Assembly (NCBI RefSeq): GCF_964194025.1
Contig: NC_134471.1
Coordinates: 65,162,001 to 65,226,000 of the forward strand
Direction of reading: 5' to 3'
DNA length: 64,000 nt
From: Convolutriloba macropyga
Lineage: Eukaryota
Part shown: piece after piece, positions 11,400 to 24,400 of the stretch
Position numbering within the stretch: the first letter of the stretch is position 1
How the letters are laid out: the number at the start of each line of letters is the position of its first letter
Program-made: the position numbers and the translations under genes
Notes under the pieces: generated by a model
The model's input: the letters and a program-made list of their open reading frames with translations, nothing else
Database searches by the model: none
Told to the model about the DNA's origin: nothing

Positions 11400-14300
11400 A
11401 AAACAAAAACTGGGGAAAATATGGAAAGATGCTTTAGAACATTAAGAGTATTATGGCAAGATAGAAGAGTTATTTTATCCATTCAATAAAACTCTGAATG
11501 AACAAACAACTTTACCGACCCTAAGTTCAACCAATAGGATATCAATTCAGAAACAACTTTAGCAGCATTAGAAGATACCACTAATGTTTTAAAAAAGCTT
11601 AAGAGTTATCACCAACTGAGTCGTCAATGGATAGACCACTTATTACATTAACCAATGATAAAGGCAAAATGTTTACTGTAAACAATGATATGATTGATAT
11701 CCAATTACTAGAGATAAACAAACAAATAAATAAAAAGAAAAAGATAAAATCTATGATCTCACAATAGCTTCCACTATTTTTGTCACCAATAAAAATGAAA
11801 ACGTGTGACATCAAAGATAATAGAAATGGAATAAAACTTTTTCTATGGGATATCAATTACAAACAAAAAGTAGATACTAAGAGAAAAAGATTAAAGAACT
11901 ATTGGAAACTTAGAAACTATTCCACCTCGCCAAGTTACCAAGACACTGTAGCGAGGTTTTACATGGACAAAAGTCCGTTTGCGCGTACAAATGTGAAGAC
12001 GAAGAAGAAGTTATAGCTACTGGTTTGAGATCCCTTTTAGAAAGCATTAGCCATAACGATGTAGTAAACAGGTTGAAACTATTCATACCAGAAACAAAAA
12101 CAGATGAGGGATAATATGATGAGATGCTAAAGATCTCTAAGCAACTGTTACCAAAAAATTACTCGCAAACAAATCGATATTTTTTAAATTATGATAAATG
12201 AATTAAGTTCCTGCGAGCAGATGACATAACAACAACAGAAAGTTGTAATTTAGCACACCCAACAACCACTCTCTAAAGAAGTATTTTTCCCTAAAAAAGG
12301 TCAAAAGGGAAATTATTTAACCATTATACAGAGATTGAACATGCTCTGAAGATTTAATTGAATACAAAAATATTTATAAATTTGTATATGCTGTTATAGA
12401 TAAACTATATATTATTATAATAGGCTATATAATTATTGGTGAAATCTGATGTATAAATAACTAATGAAATTAACACAATTTCAATAGAAGGTAGAACACA
12501 CGAAAATCTGTGGCTCGATAGAGGTATTGAGTTCTACAAAAAAACATTTACATCTTTAATTCGAGAATGCATCTTTAATAAAACCAGCAACACCGCGTCG
12601 AAAATAGAATTTTTCTCTAGATATAGTTACCTGAAGGAAATATTCAAAGAGATATATATCCAAACATTATTATACCTAAACATTAAACCAAATTTTATAA
12701 ATGGTGATGTTATCTGGAAACGTCCATTAAATACTGCAATTGTAACAGCTAACGAAAACAAACACTCAACAATTAACATTTAACCTGTTGATCCACCGAG
12801 AAGCCCTGAAACGGAATTGTACTAAAGTCTAATTTTAATTTTGAAGCTAATAATAAAAATTTAGAAACCCTCGATGTTTTTTTAATGTAAACAATAATGA
12901 CAAGCAACAGATTCAACGTAAGTAAACAAGTAACCTCAATAATAATTTCCTTAACAGAAGCTAGAGCAGATCAATTGATCATAGGATACAACGATGGTTT
13001 TGATACGCAAAAGAAAGCAATTTGTTACGAAATAATGCAATATTGGTACTAATAAAATAGATGTTGTGAATTTTAAAAAANNNNNNNNNNNNNNNNNNNN
13101 NNNNNNNNNNNNNNNNNNNNNNNNNNNNNNNNNNNNNNNNNNNNNNNNNNNNNNNNNNNNNNNNNNNNNNNNNNNNNNNNNNNNNNNNNNNNNNNNNNNN
13201 NNNNNNNNNNGACCTAATACTGATAAACTTTATTCACAACCTACTGAAATTACTACATTGGCATCCGAGACAAATAAAGTAGTTTTTCAAAATAAGGATA
13301 ATTTCAAGACTCTATCTGAGAAACCATCCAATACAGAAAAACTTTTTAATCAATATTGTACAAAATTAGCCGGTGACGCTAACAATAAATAAAACCACTT
13401 AGAATGAGCTTTTAACGACAACAAGTTCAATAAAATGTAACTTATATTCATTTAATTGATATCTTTACTCGTGGTATGGCAGAGAAAAAAAGAAAACATC
13501 GAACATTTAGGAAGAAAATAATCCAATATAAATCACTTGAAAATAAATTTATGGACAACAAAGAACAAGTACGATTAGAGATACATTATGAGTTTAATCA
13601 GGAATATGACAGTATATAATTACAGAAATGGATAGTTTTGTCTTCTGTAGAAAGTGAATCATCCAGCAGCACCACCTCTTGAGCGGCGTATTACCTTCGC
13701 TTATCCACGTAGTGGCAGCTTCGTTTGTGGAAAACCATTATTTTATACAAAAATTGTACCTATATCAGGGCGTTTTGTCAATGAGAAAATTTTGACAGTT
13801 TTTAATAACAAAATTAATGTTATAAAAGATACTGAAAATTTTATTGAAGCTGATTACAGAAGTAATATTATCATCAGTAGTAACTACACCAACAACAACG
13901 TCAGTTGCAATAATAGGTATAGGTTTAAGTTATTACACTACCAACAGCATTTGCAGCAGCAACAGCGTGTAGATCACTTTCAAAAGTATACAATAATAAA
14001 ATACGAAAAATTTTTTAAAGTAATCACATAAATTTATTCAAACTAAACCGTTTAGCGATAAATTTAAATAACTCTGTACTAGGTTATTGAATGATTATGG
14101 AGTAGATAACATTGAGTGTAAATATTTAGTTACTTTATATGAAAAGCATAAGAAGATTATAAAAAGCAAGTTTTTTTCATTAAACTAAATTTAGTAACAT
14201 CAGTATTAGTATTAAAAAAATTTTAAAAAGGAGTTTTGATACGGTTGTTTGTCTGTTTATTAATATTTTTATTAGTAAGATTATTATTTTGATAATTGAT

Positions 14301-14700
14301 ATGAATATGATTATGCTTATTGGTGTGATTACTAATAAGATTATTTATATGAATACGGTTATTGATATGAATATTGCTATGACTATTAAACTTAATTACA
14401 TCTTCTCTGTACCAAGGTGTAACCCCCTAATCTTTTGTGCTTTTTTCATCAGTTGTAGCAATCTTGAATAATTCAGTTAGTGCTGTTAAAGCTCTTCTTG
14501 GATTTTTAGTTGCTTCTAATAACCAATATTACTAGCTATCTCTAATGCTCTTATGGACTAATAGCAACTTTCTCTCCGAAATGAACTGCTGCTTTAACAA
14601 CACTTTTAAGGACATCTTCTAAACCTTCGGCTTCAATGACTGCATCAGCTAGTGTCATCGATTTTTGTCTTCTACATTTTGTCTACCGCCAATATAATAT
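11400..14700. mobile_element. Highly decayed second Polinton/Maverick-like relic
   Basis: Plus-strand retroviral-type integrase remnants (NLWLDRGIEFYKKTF ~12503-12550; KPNFINGDVIWK..NTAIVTANENKHSTINI*PVD ~12685-12792), an NDVVNRLKLFI..YDEML motif (~12050-12150), and a minus-strand small-ORF remnant (VIEAEGLEDVLKSV...RALEIAS..NPRRAL) at ~14400-14660. All resemble Polinton-type genes. Confidence 0.6.
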
Positions 14701-14769
14701 GATATATTTTAAATTTTTGAAAGAGCAAGATTTAAATATATTAAAAAGGAGAAAAAAAATTGTCTTTTT

Positions 14770-14968
14770 ACTGAGATATTAACACAGATCAAAACGAAGA
14801 CTGAGACAAGGACAAAGAGAAAGACACAGAAAAGAGCAAAAACATAGAAGAAGAAAAAGACAAATACAAAGACAAATGCAAAATCACAGCCAAAGACAAA
14901 GGCAAAAACGAAGACAAAGACACAGACAAAGTCAAAGAGAAAAACAAACACTACACCCCATCCCCAAG
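14770..14968. repeat. Low-complexity AAAGAC/ACAAAG hexamer-like microsatellite
   Basis: Degenerate (ACAAAG)n running into an N run. Confidence 0.7.
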
Positions 14969-15169
14969 NNNNNNNNNNNNNNNNNNNNNNNNNNNNNNNN
15001 NNNNNNNNNNNNNNNNNNNNNNNNNNNNNNNNNNNNNNNNNNNNNNNNNNNNNNNNNNNNNNNNNNNNNNNNNNNNNNNNNNNNNNNNNNNNNNNNNNNN
15101 NNNNNNNNNNNNNNNNNNNNNNNNNNNNNNNNNNNNNNNNNNNNNNNNNNNNNNNNNNNNNNNNNNNNC

Positions 15170-15373
15170 AAAGTTTCATATCAAGTCAGGGCCGCTGAGG
15201 CATGGCCATGGCCATTAAATATGTTTAAACATAGGGTACTAACGACTGCTAATTTGTTGGCGGATCATTGAACGGAAGTATCCAAGTACATTGGGTATAT
15301 TGGCATTGGGTATAATGGCATTGGAGATTTTGGCATTGGGTATAATGGCATTGGGTAAATTGTCCTGACACCC
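15170..15373. mobile_element. Foldback MITE A (one end visible; the rest is in the N run)
   Basis: Core sequence followed by about four 15-bp repeats TGGCATTGGGTATAA, ending TTGTCCTGACACCC. Confidence 0.65.
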
Positions 15374-15566
15374 TTATAATGATAATCAGCTGTTCTTATA
15401 ATGATAATTGTCAACTTTTAGATAATCATTTTCAAATTCAGCAATGTTCTTCTACCGATATCATTACGTAAATCTAAACATTTTTATTGCTTTTTCAGTT
15501 TTCAAGGATATACAGCATTTTAAATTTGAGTAGCACTGATAACTTGATTTGTAAAAGAGGGATGAT

Positions 15567-16053
15567 CGTGTCCGGACAAAACAGTCCCAGACAAAACAGT
15601 CCCAGACAAAACAGTCCCAAATTGCAAAATATTCCCAGACAAAATAGTCCCAAGAAACCAGACAAAACAGTCCCAGACAAAATAGTCCCAAATAAAATGT
15701 ACCTAATGCCATTATACCCAATGTACTTTGAAATGTTCGTTCAATAATCCGACAACAAATTAGCAGTCGCTATTACCCGTATGTTTTAACATACTTAATG
15801 GCCATGGCCATGCCTCAGCGGCCCGTGGGACTTGATATGAAACTATCACAACCGAACATGGGATTAAATTATCCGCTTGTTAAATCATACGTGTGAGAGC
15901 TATAATAATGGCCTTGGGACTATTTTGTCTGGGACTGTTTTGTCTGGTTTCTTGGGACTATTTTGTCTGGGACTGTTTTGTCTGGGAATATTTTGCTATT
16001 TGGGACTGTTTTGTCCGGGACTGTTTTGTCTGGGACTGTTTTGTCTGTTCACC
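15567..16053. mobile_element. Foldback MITE B with TIRs built from 15-bp tandem repeats and an 8-bp TSD
   Basis: (GACAAAACAGTCCCA)n at left and its reverse complement at right. GGGATGAT is duplicated at 15559-15566 and 16054-16061. Confidence 0.85.
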
Positions 16054-17299
16054 GGGATGATACGTCTTTACATACTACGTAGTGTTCATTATATTCTAAA
16101 TTACAACATGCTTTAGATTATTATGACTAATTAATACCTGCTCCATAGTTTTATTCGTTTTTAAATTAAATATTTCAAATTGTGTTTATCTGTGTTCAAC
16201 ATTGATATCTTTTTTATTTGATTATAATCACAAGGTGATTTACAGGGTGTGTTTATCCCTTTAAAAAATCCAGGTCTATTATAACCGCTAACAATTGAAG
16301 ATTTATTTTTACTTTGTTGTAAATGTGCAATCAACAGCATAATAAACAACATTAATAATCATCATCATTATGTGTATTTTTTATTTGGTTTGTTTAAAAT
16401 GGAAATTAGACCCTTCCACAACCTTCCAATTTATAAACCCTGTTATGTATGAACATTGTTTGTTTTTTAAAGATTTGTATACTCCATCCCGATTTCAGTA
16501 TTGCATGTAAATTTTCTAACCCCTCTAAGAATATAGGGTTTTCATAATTACTACTAGTCACTGCAATCTGCTTCCATCAATTTTGATGAAATAAACAATA
16601 TTCACTCACAACTTTTTTCCATCTGCAATCTTTATCTTCCATAGAACTGAAAATCTTTTAATGTTCAGAAATTTTTTATGTTTATTTTTATCAGTAAAGT
16701 TAGTTTGACAAAAGCGACAATGATTGTATTTTTTATTGCTATATTGCAGACTATAAGTAAACCCCCTTGCAACTCATTATTAATATCTTTATAATTATTG
16801 TTATTATAAAAAAGTGGCCAGTCTGTGGCTTATCATTAGCATTATTATCTTTGTAATTAAAGTCAATATGATTTTTTTATCATAATTATTATTGAATATT
16901 GCATATGTGTTAATGAAAGCTGCATATCTATTTTCAATCATTGCATTTATGTTATTGGTTGTTGTATTATTATTGAATGTCACAATTGCATTATTAATTG
17001 TTGCATTTCTAATATTGCCTAATGTTTTTTTTTAGTTTTCACTTGTTCCCTAGCATTTCAGTTTAGCAGTACTACATTTTATATTTCACATTTAAATTTA
17101 TCTGAATAATGTCTATTCAAATTATCTATAGAAGTTCGAATTATAAACGAGATAGTGCTATATGGGGTTGAGTAGAGTTATCGCAGATCCATTTCTGCAG
17201 CCTCTCTAACGGGCAAATTGTATCCAACTTTTTTACGTCAGGAGATACTACTTGCTCTCAAAAGATCTCATCAAAAGAAAATGAATGAATCCTGTTGGT

Positions 17300-18300
17300 T
17301 GCAATGTTTGCGCTTGGTGTTGTTTGCAAAACGGTAAAAGAGTGCCAGAAAGTGTTCTGTTTGTCGTAACTGTTTAGGAGGCAAAAGAACATACATTTTT
17401 AGTGTACTTTAGGTAATTCATGAAACCTGGCTGGCTTTTAAATAGATGACTGAGAATTTGTTAAATTTGGCACTGATCTTTTCCCACCTTAATGAACATT
17501 TGCAGGCTGTTAGTTTTTTGTTTTTCAATTTCAACTTAACTTCATCTTTCGCCCCTTGATGACTCGCATAGATCATGCTTCAGCAATAGGACCTCAAGTT
17601 AAAACTTTGGAAGTTCACATGGATCCATTATCACAACGATGCAGGCCGTTCCGCAGCTGTCTGTCCTATCGCTCTGACGGTTTATTTACCATCTTTATCA
17701 TTTAGTCTATTTTTCATCTGCGTAGTGATTCGTAATTTTTTGTCTGAGGCTGCTGTCAACGGACAGCATCAGATTTTGTCTCAAAATCTCTCTAAATCTA
17801 CTATCTGATTCAATTTTTTCTTTGTACACATTACGGCTTTTTTCAGCATGGTTTACTTAATGTTTTAGGTGTCTGACTTTAGAACTGTACAAAGGAGAAC
17901 AGGAGCAAAATGTACAAAAGACGCTGTGTACGTTAAAGAATTTTTAGTCTGCACTCTTTATTCTTCGTTTTTTTCACAATGAATGCGTTGTTCATGCCTC
18001 GTTTTGTTCCATTTGCTTGTTTTTGTTCCAATAAATTGTCGCCATACTTGTTCGCTAGTAACTCAAAGTGGAAATCATTGGAGGTAATTTCAGGCGTTAG
18101 AGTCTCTCTATCAACGTTTTGGCTGATGCACAACTCATAATCTACGCCCGAGTTGTTCTTTGCAGCATTCCTAGCGCTTTTACACCTCCATTTCTGGAAT
18201 ACCCAGCTAGGGAATTTTTGGCTACGATAGGTAAAACGTAGCCCCTGTAGGTGTTCAGTTATGAAGTTTGCCCTTGTTGAGATGTTGAGATAAAGAGTGA
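17300..18300 (-). pseudogene. Possible FLYWCH/MULE-type transposase relic
   Basis: Only a weak minus-strand YRGY...QKWRCK pattern near 18170-18260. The rest is heavily disrupted. Confidence 0.2.
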
Positions 18301-18429
18301 ATAAACTTTTAGTGTGATAACCGCAATCTCCGAGAAATCTCTGAAAGGAACAGAGGAGATAACTGAAAAAAGTCCTACCATTTACGGTTAACTGTTTTCT
18401 CCCTCTACATTACGTGTAAAAACACACCA

Positions 18430-21400
18430 ATTGATAATCAACTGATAACAGAAAACTAAATTTTGAAAGTTTTTTGTTCAAACAGATGCAAAGTTCCAAG
18501 AAATTTTCTATTGCTTTACTACATTGTCGAATTGATTTCATTTTAATTGTAATTTGAATAAGTTGCATTTTACATGAAGTTGGCAGATATAGCGAAATAC
18601 TTTGTAAACGTTTTTTATTATTGATAATTTTCCCAGAACAATTAACTTTTCTCCTTTCATGAATATTATTCTCCTTTCATAGATTTTTTCTTGCTAAATA
18701 GTTTTTAGATAAAAGACTAATGACAATAAATCTGTTTAATTGTGAAAACCTTACTCTAAACCCGTTTCGGAAGCAGAAGATAAACAGGAGGCGCAGATGG
18801 CTGAAAATTGAGTGCTACCATCATGGTAATCTTCTTCTACATAGTTCTCAATGTGAAATTACAGCAACTGTTAGCCAAACTATGAAAAAAAATTTTTTGA
18901 AACAAATGCAGGTATGATGTAATTTGCACCGCAAGAGACTATCGCACAACTTTGCCTTAATTACAAAAAAACTGCTAAGAAATTGGGACAAACAAAAAAT
19001 AATGAAAGAAAAAGGCGAAATAGTCTTCCTAGATAAGGCTGTCTGCGTTGATGAACAAAAAAGTCTCTTGCAACTGGTACAAAAATTCAACAGAAAGCGG
19101 AGCAATACTGAACTTCCGTACCTGCAAAAACCTCCAGCAGAAAATTTATGCTGACGCCGCTATCCATAAGTTTTTCTGATCAACGAGCAACTGGGATTAC
19201 TCTGTTGAAATTTTAAATATCAACAAAAACATTTGGCAGAGAGAGCAAAATCCTGAACATTGGACTTCAAGTAGTGTAATTAAGACTAATTGAAATATTT
19301 TAGTTAACCGAAAAACGGACTGCAAAAAACCAGTAGAACGCTTTTCTAAGGTTATGAGAAACCCGAGGCAGGAAACAATATTTTTTTGTACTTTAGAGGC
19401 CAAAAGTGCATTAGACCAAAAGAAAACTGACTAAAATAACGGCTCCTACAGTTTTCTACACAACAAAAAAACCCAAAACCTCCTTATGATCCTTTAAGTC
19501 TAGTATTGATCAGCATCTAAAATCAAACCTGGTATACGAACAAACTTGTAGTGCATACATTTTGTGCAAACTTGCACTCATATAATAGTTGCAGACATAT
19601 AATGCAGACATATAACATAAAGTAGTTTGCTTGGTGTATGTTTTTTGAAAGCAATGTGCCACAAATACTTCTGACTCATGAACCAAAACTCATAGTGCAG
19701 CGCAAAAGCATCGACTAAAGCGCTTGAGAAGGACCGAAGCAAGGAACTAGCATTAAATCTTTACTTAAGATTTGATGGATATATTCCTTGATCCAAAATA
19801 TATGTTTTAGCGCATTAAAGAGCTGAAATGTTCAGAATTTTTGCTAGAATTTTGGAAAAAATAAAAAAAATTTTGAGATTTAAATTGCCAGACCCTCAAT
19901 AGCAATTGAAATACATAACGGGAAACTTTTTAATTTTTCAAATGTAAAAATTTAAGAAACTCTTATTTCATTATTTTACTTCATAAATGAATTATTATTA
20001 ACTTAAATTCAAATTAAAAAACTTTCATCTTGTCCCATGGTTGTAGATATAAGAAAAACTTTTGCTAATAATTTTTATAATTAACTTAGCTTTTGAACAA
20101 ACAATCTTTATAATTAAAGACTCGCATGCGGAATTCTTCTTGCGAAAGAAAATGCCCTAAATATCTACCTTAATGGATAAAAGCAAAAAATAGTAATTGT
20201 TCTTAAAAGTAAGAACCTTCCTGAAAAACAAAATTTTGGAGTGAGAGGATAACGAGGACTCGGGGATGACTGAAAAAGAGAGCTAGATGACGTTATTTGT
20301 ATTGCAATGATGGACCCCAATTACAAGTTAGAATTAAATGATCTTTATTGCATCGCAAAGAGGCACGTCTAAAATTTGTTACAAGTAGGAAACAATTTGC
20401 ATGCAAAATTTATTTCAGAATTGGAAATTGAAGAAAGCACGTTCACTATTCTTGCTAGATAGAGCTGTCTACGTTTGTGAAAAGAAGAAACTCTTCTGTA
20501 AAAGGTGCAAAAATCCAACAGAAACTTGAACAAAACTAAAATATGCAGCTGCTCACACCTTTAGCAGAAAGTTTTCTTTGAGTGCGCTATCCCTAAGTTT
20601 TGCAATTGACGAGAAACTGGCTTTACTCAGGAGAAATCGAACATATCAACAAAAATATACGGCAAAAAGAAAATTTCCCGAGACTCGGACATTAGGCATT
20701 GCAAATAGAAACATTTAAGATAACCCAAAAAGACCACAAAAACGGCAGCTTAATTCAATTCTTTAGTTATGGAAATTCAGTAGAAAATACCAAAAAACTT
20801 TTCTGCTTTACCCAGGCCAATAAAGCATCTGACCAAAAAACTATTAAAAAATAACGGCTGCTTTAGGGATTTATATAACAAAGCAACTGAAAATTTGTTT
20901 ACCATCCTCGAAGTCTAGGTTTGATCAGCATCTAAAATGACATCAGCTATGCAAAATAATTTATAGTGAATGCCTTTCCAATTGTGTTGGGCGAACTTGA
21001 AGATATATAACCACGCGGATGGCAAGGAATCAAACTTAGACTCACTGGTAGCTCAAAATGTAAGCAATGGTTGTTTGAAAACATGATAGTTTGCTTGGTG
21101 TATGATTTTTGAAAGCTATATGCCAAAAACACTTCTGACTCTTGAACAAGACTCATAGTTCAGCGAAAACCATCTCTTAACGCGCTTGTCAAATACCAAA
21201 GCAATGAACTTCCATTACATCTTTATTTAAGATTTGACGGATATATTTTTTCATCCAGAATTTTTGTTTTAGCAATTTAAAACGCTGAAATGTTCAGAAT
21301 TGTTTCTGAAATGAAAGAAAACGAACAAAAAATTGATATCTAGTTTACTGGGCCATCAATAGCAATTGAAATGCGCAACGGCAAATCTAAGGAATTTTCA

Positions 21401-24400
21401 AAAGTAAAATTCAAGAGACTCTCATTTTATTGTTTACTTCATGAGTGGATTACTATCAATTTAACTGTAATTTTTATAATTTTTATTTTGTCTAACATAT
21501 ATTAGGAAAACTTTTGTTAATAGCATTTGTAATTTACTTAGCTTTTGAACAAATAATGCTTATACTTTAAGGAACTATTGAAATAATTTTCTTGGAACAG
21601 AAGCTGCCCTAAATGTCTACCTAACTAGATACAAAGCAAAAGATTTTAGTTGTTTTTAAATGTAAAAGCCTTCCTCCAAAACAAAACTTTGGAAATAGAG
21701 GATAAAAAAGACACGGGGATCACTGAAAATCAGAGCTAGATGACGTTATTTGTATTGCAATGAAGGACCCCAATTACAAGTTAGAATTGAATGATCTTTA
21801 TTGCATCGTAAAGAGGCACCTCGAAAATTTGTTACAAGTGGGAAACAATTTGCATGCAAAATGTAATTCAGAATTGGAAAATTGATGAAAACATGTTCAC
21901 TAGTCTTGCTAGATAGAGCTGTCTACGTTTGTGATTAAAAAAAACTCTTTCGTAAACGGTAGAAAAAGCCAACAGAAAACTAAACGAAATCGAATTTTGC
22001 AGCTGCTCATGCATTTAGCAGAAATGTTTTCTTGAGGGCAGTATCCCTAAGTTATCCAATCGACGAGAAACCGTTATTCAGCAGTCGAATATATCAACAA
22101 AAACATACGACAGAACAGACAATATCCTGAGACTTGGACATCAAGCATTGCAATAACAAAATATAAGTTAACCCAAAAAGACCACAAAAACAACAGCTGA
22201 ATGCTATTCGAATGCTGCGGAAAACAGTAGGAGATACTAAGAACTTTTCTACATTACCGAGGCCAATGAGGCATATGGCACAAAAATTACAAAAATTAAC
22301 GGCTCTTTCATTGATTTACAAAGCAAAGCAACTGAAAACCTGTTTATCATCCTTAAAGTCTGGTTTTGATCAGAAACTAAAATTGAACCTGCTATGCAAA
22401 ATAATTGGTGGTGGATGCCTTTCCAACTGTATTGGGCAAATTTGCAGAAGGGTATCCAGGTGGATGGATAGGAATCAGAAATTGTACTCACCTGTTGGTC
22501 AATTTGTAAGCCAGAGATGCGTCGCAAACTGGGTGTTTGATCAGGGTTTAATTAATGAAAAGCAATATGTCACAAAAACTCATGATCATTGAAGCAATAG
22601 AAATAGCAATACAAAAACCATCGCTGAAGAAGCGTGATGAGTACTGAAGCCAGGAACTGATAATAAAACATTAGTTAAAACTGGAGAAATTGTTCTGTTC
22701 AAAAATTTCATCTCAGCGTATTTAACTTTTTTGCGTAAATTCAGGTTACAACGCGAAAAAAATTTTTAGAAACCTTCTATTTAACAAAAAAGAGTTCTAA
22801 GATACCCTTCTTTCTTTCAGAAGATATATTCTTTTGGTTTTACTTCATAAATTAATTAAAATAACTTTAACTGTAATTTGACTAACTTGCGTGTTTCCTG
22901 ATGATGACAGATTAAGTAAGAATCTCTTTAGACGTCTTTTTACAACTGTTTGGGTTCTGGAACAAGTACTCGTTCTCTATTAATTGATTTATATGAATTT
23001 TTTTAGAAATTGGACTAATTATTTAATAACCTGGAAAATTTGCAAATTTAAAAAATTTGTTTAATTTTGAAAACCTCACTTGAAACGCACGCTTTGTATG
23101 AAGAAGAAAAGCAGGGAACGGAGTGAACTGAGAAAAATTTGTTTCCATCAATTGTTAATCCTTCTTTCACATAACTTTATAATTGAAGTTACAACCACAG
23201 ATAAATAGGAAAAGAAAATTTTGAAAACGAAGAGGAAGTTTCTTCAACGCTGAAAACAAGCCCAAAAATCTGCTGCATCTGGGAATTGTTTTGCATGCAA
23301 ATAAAGAAATAATGAAAAAAAGTAAAATGGGCTTCTGAGATACGGCTGTGTACGTTGATGAGACAAGCAGTACCCACTGTAAAGGCCATCAAAAACGGTA
23401 CCTGCGCACAATTTCAGCACAGAAAAATGTTTTTAAGGGCGCCATCTACGCGTTTTTCTGATCTACAAAAATTTATGGCTGAAAAACATTAGCCTAAGAA
23501 TTCGACGTCAGGCATTGAAAAATAGACAAAAGCATACGTTGACGGAAACAAGACCACAAAACAGCAGATGATTCCAGAATTATGTTAAACTAGGAGGAAA
23601 TACCACGCTTTTGCCTACATTATAGAGGTAAGTAAAATTTTAGACTAGAAAAGAATATTAGATTCAAAAAAATTACGGCTCATACAGTGACTTACCCGAA
23701 AAAAAATCAGTTCCTGCTTGCCATCCTTAAAGTCTAGCTTTATTCAACAGCTAAAATTGCACCTGGTTTACTTAAATTTTTGTTGAGAACGCATTGCCAG
23801 CTTTGTCGGTCCAACGTGCAGACATCTAACCACGCCGATTGCAGAGGATCAAAAAAAGGACTCACAATTTTATCAGCATGCAATCCGATATTTTGGCACC
23901 ACTTGGGTTATGAATGACCTATCTCTAATGAAAAAATATGCCCAAAAACTCAAGACTGTTGCGGCAATAAGCATAACACAACAGGAACCATCTCTTAACA
24001 CGCCTGACGGGAACCAAAGCCGTGAACTGACATTAAATTGTTAGTCAAACTTAGACATGATGTTTTATTGGAAAATTACTTTTTAGAGTATTAAAACGTT
24101 CAATCTTCAACATTATTGAAATCTTAGTTTCAAAGGAAAACATAGTTCAGAAGACATCTTTTTTTAATCGCTTTATATCATAAATAAATTATTATCATTT
24201 ATCTTGAATGAACAACTTAATGATTTGTAGTTTAGCTGACGATGACAGGATCAGCAATGACCATATAATTCCTTTAATTGTCTTAGTTTTTGAACAACTA
24301 ATCCTTCTCCTCTAATTTTATTATAGCGGACTTTTTTTCTCGTGTTAGAAAGTGGTTCAAAACTTTAACCACTTGAAGACAAGTCAAAAAACAAGGCTTT

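Noticed and set aside
15567-16053. Short regular repeats as a CRISPR array, or the repetitive ORFs (LGLFC/QNSPR) as proteins
   Set aside because: The units are contiguous 15-mers with no spacers, arranged as inverted arms with a TSD; the ORFs are translations of the repeat.
16100-17200. Further Polinton remnants in the very AT-rich stretch
   Set aside because: Only low-complexity Asn/Ile-rich translations; no convincing motif.
22212-22592. Domesticated GIY-YIG nuclease gene
   Set aside because: The catalytic motif residues are degenerate (VY>LC, YVG>CIG, EH>NQ) and the frame shifts before the conserved Glu helix.
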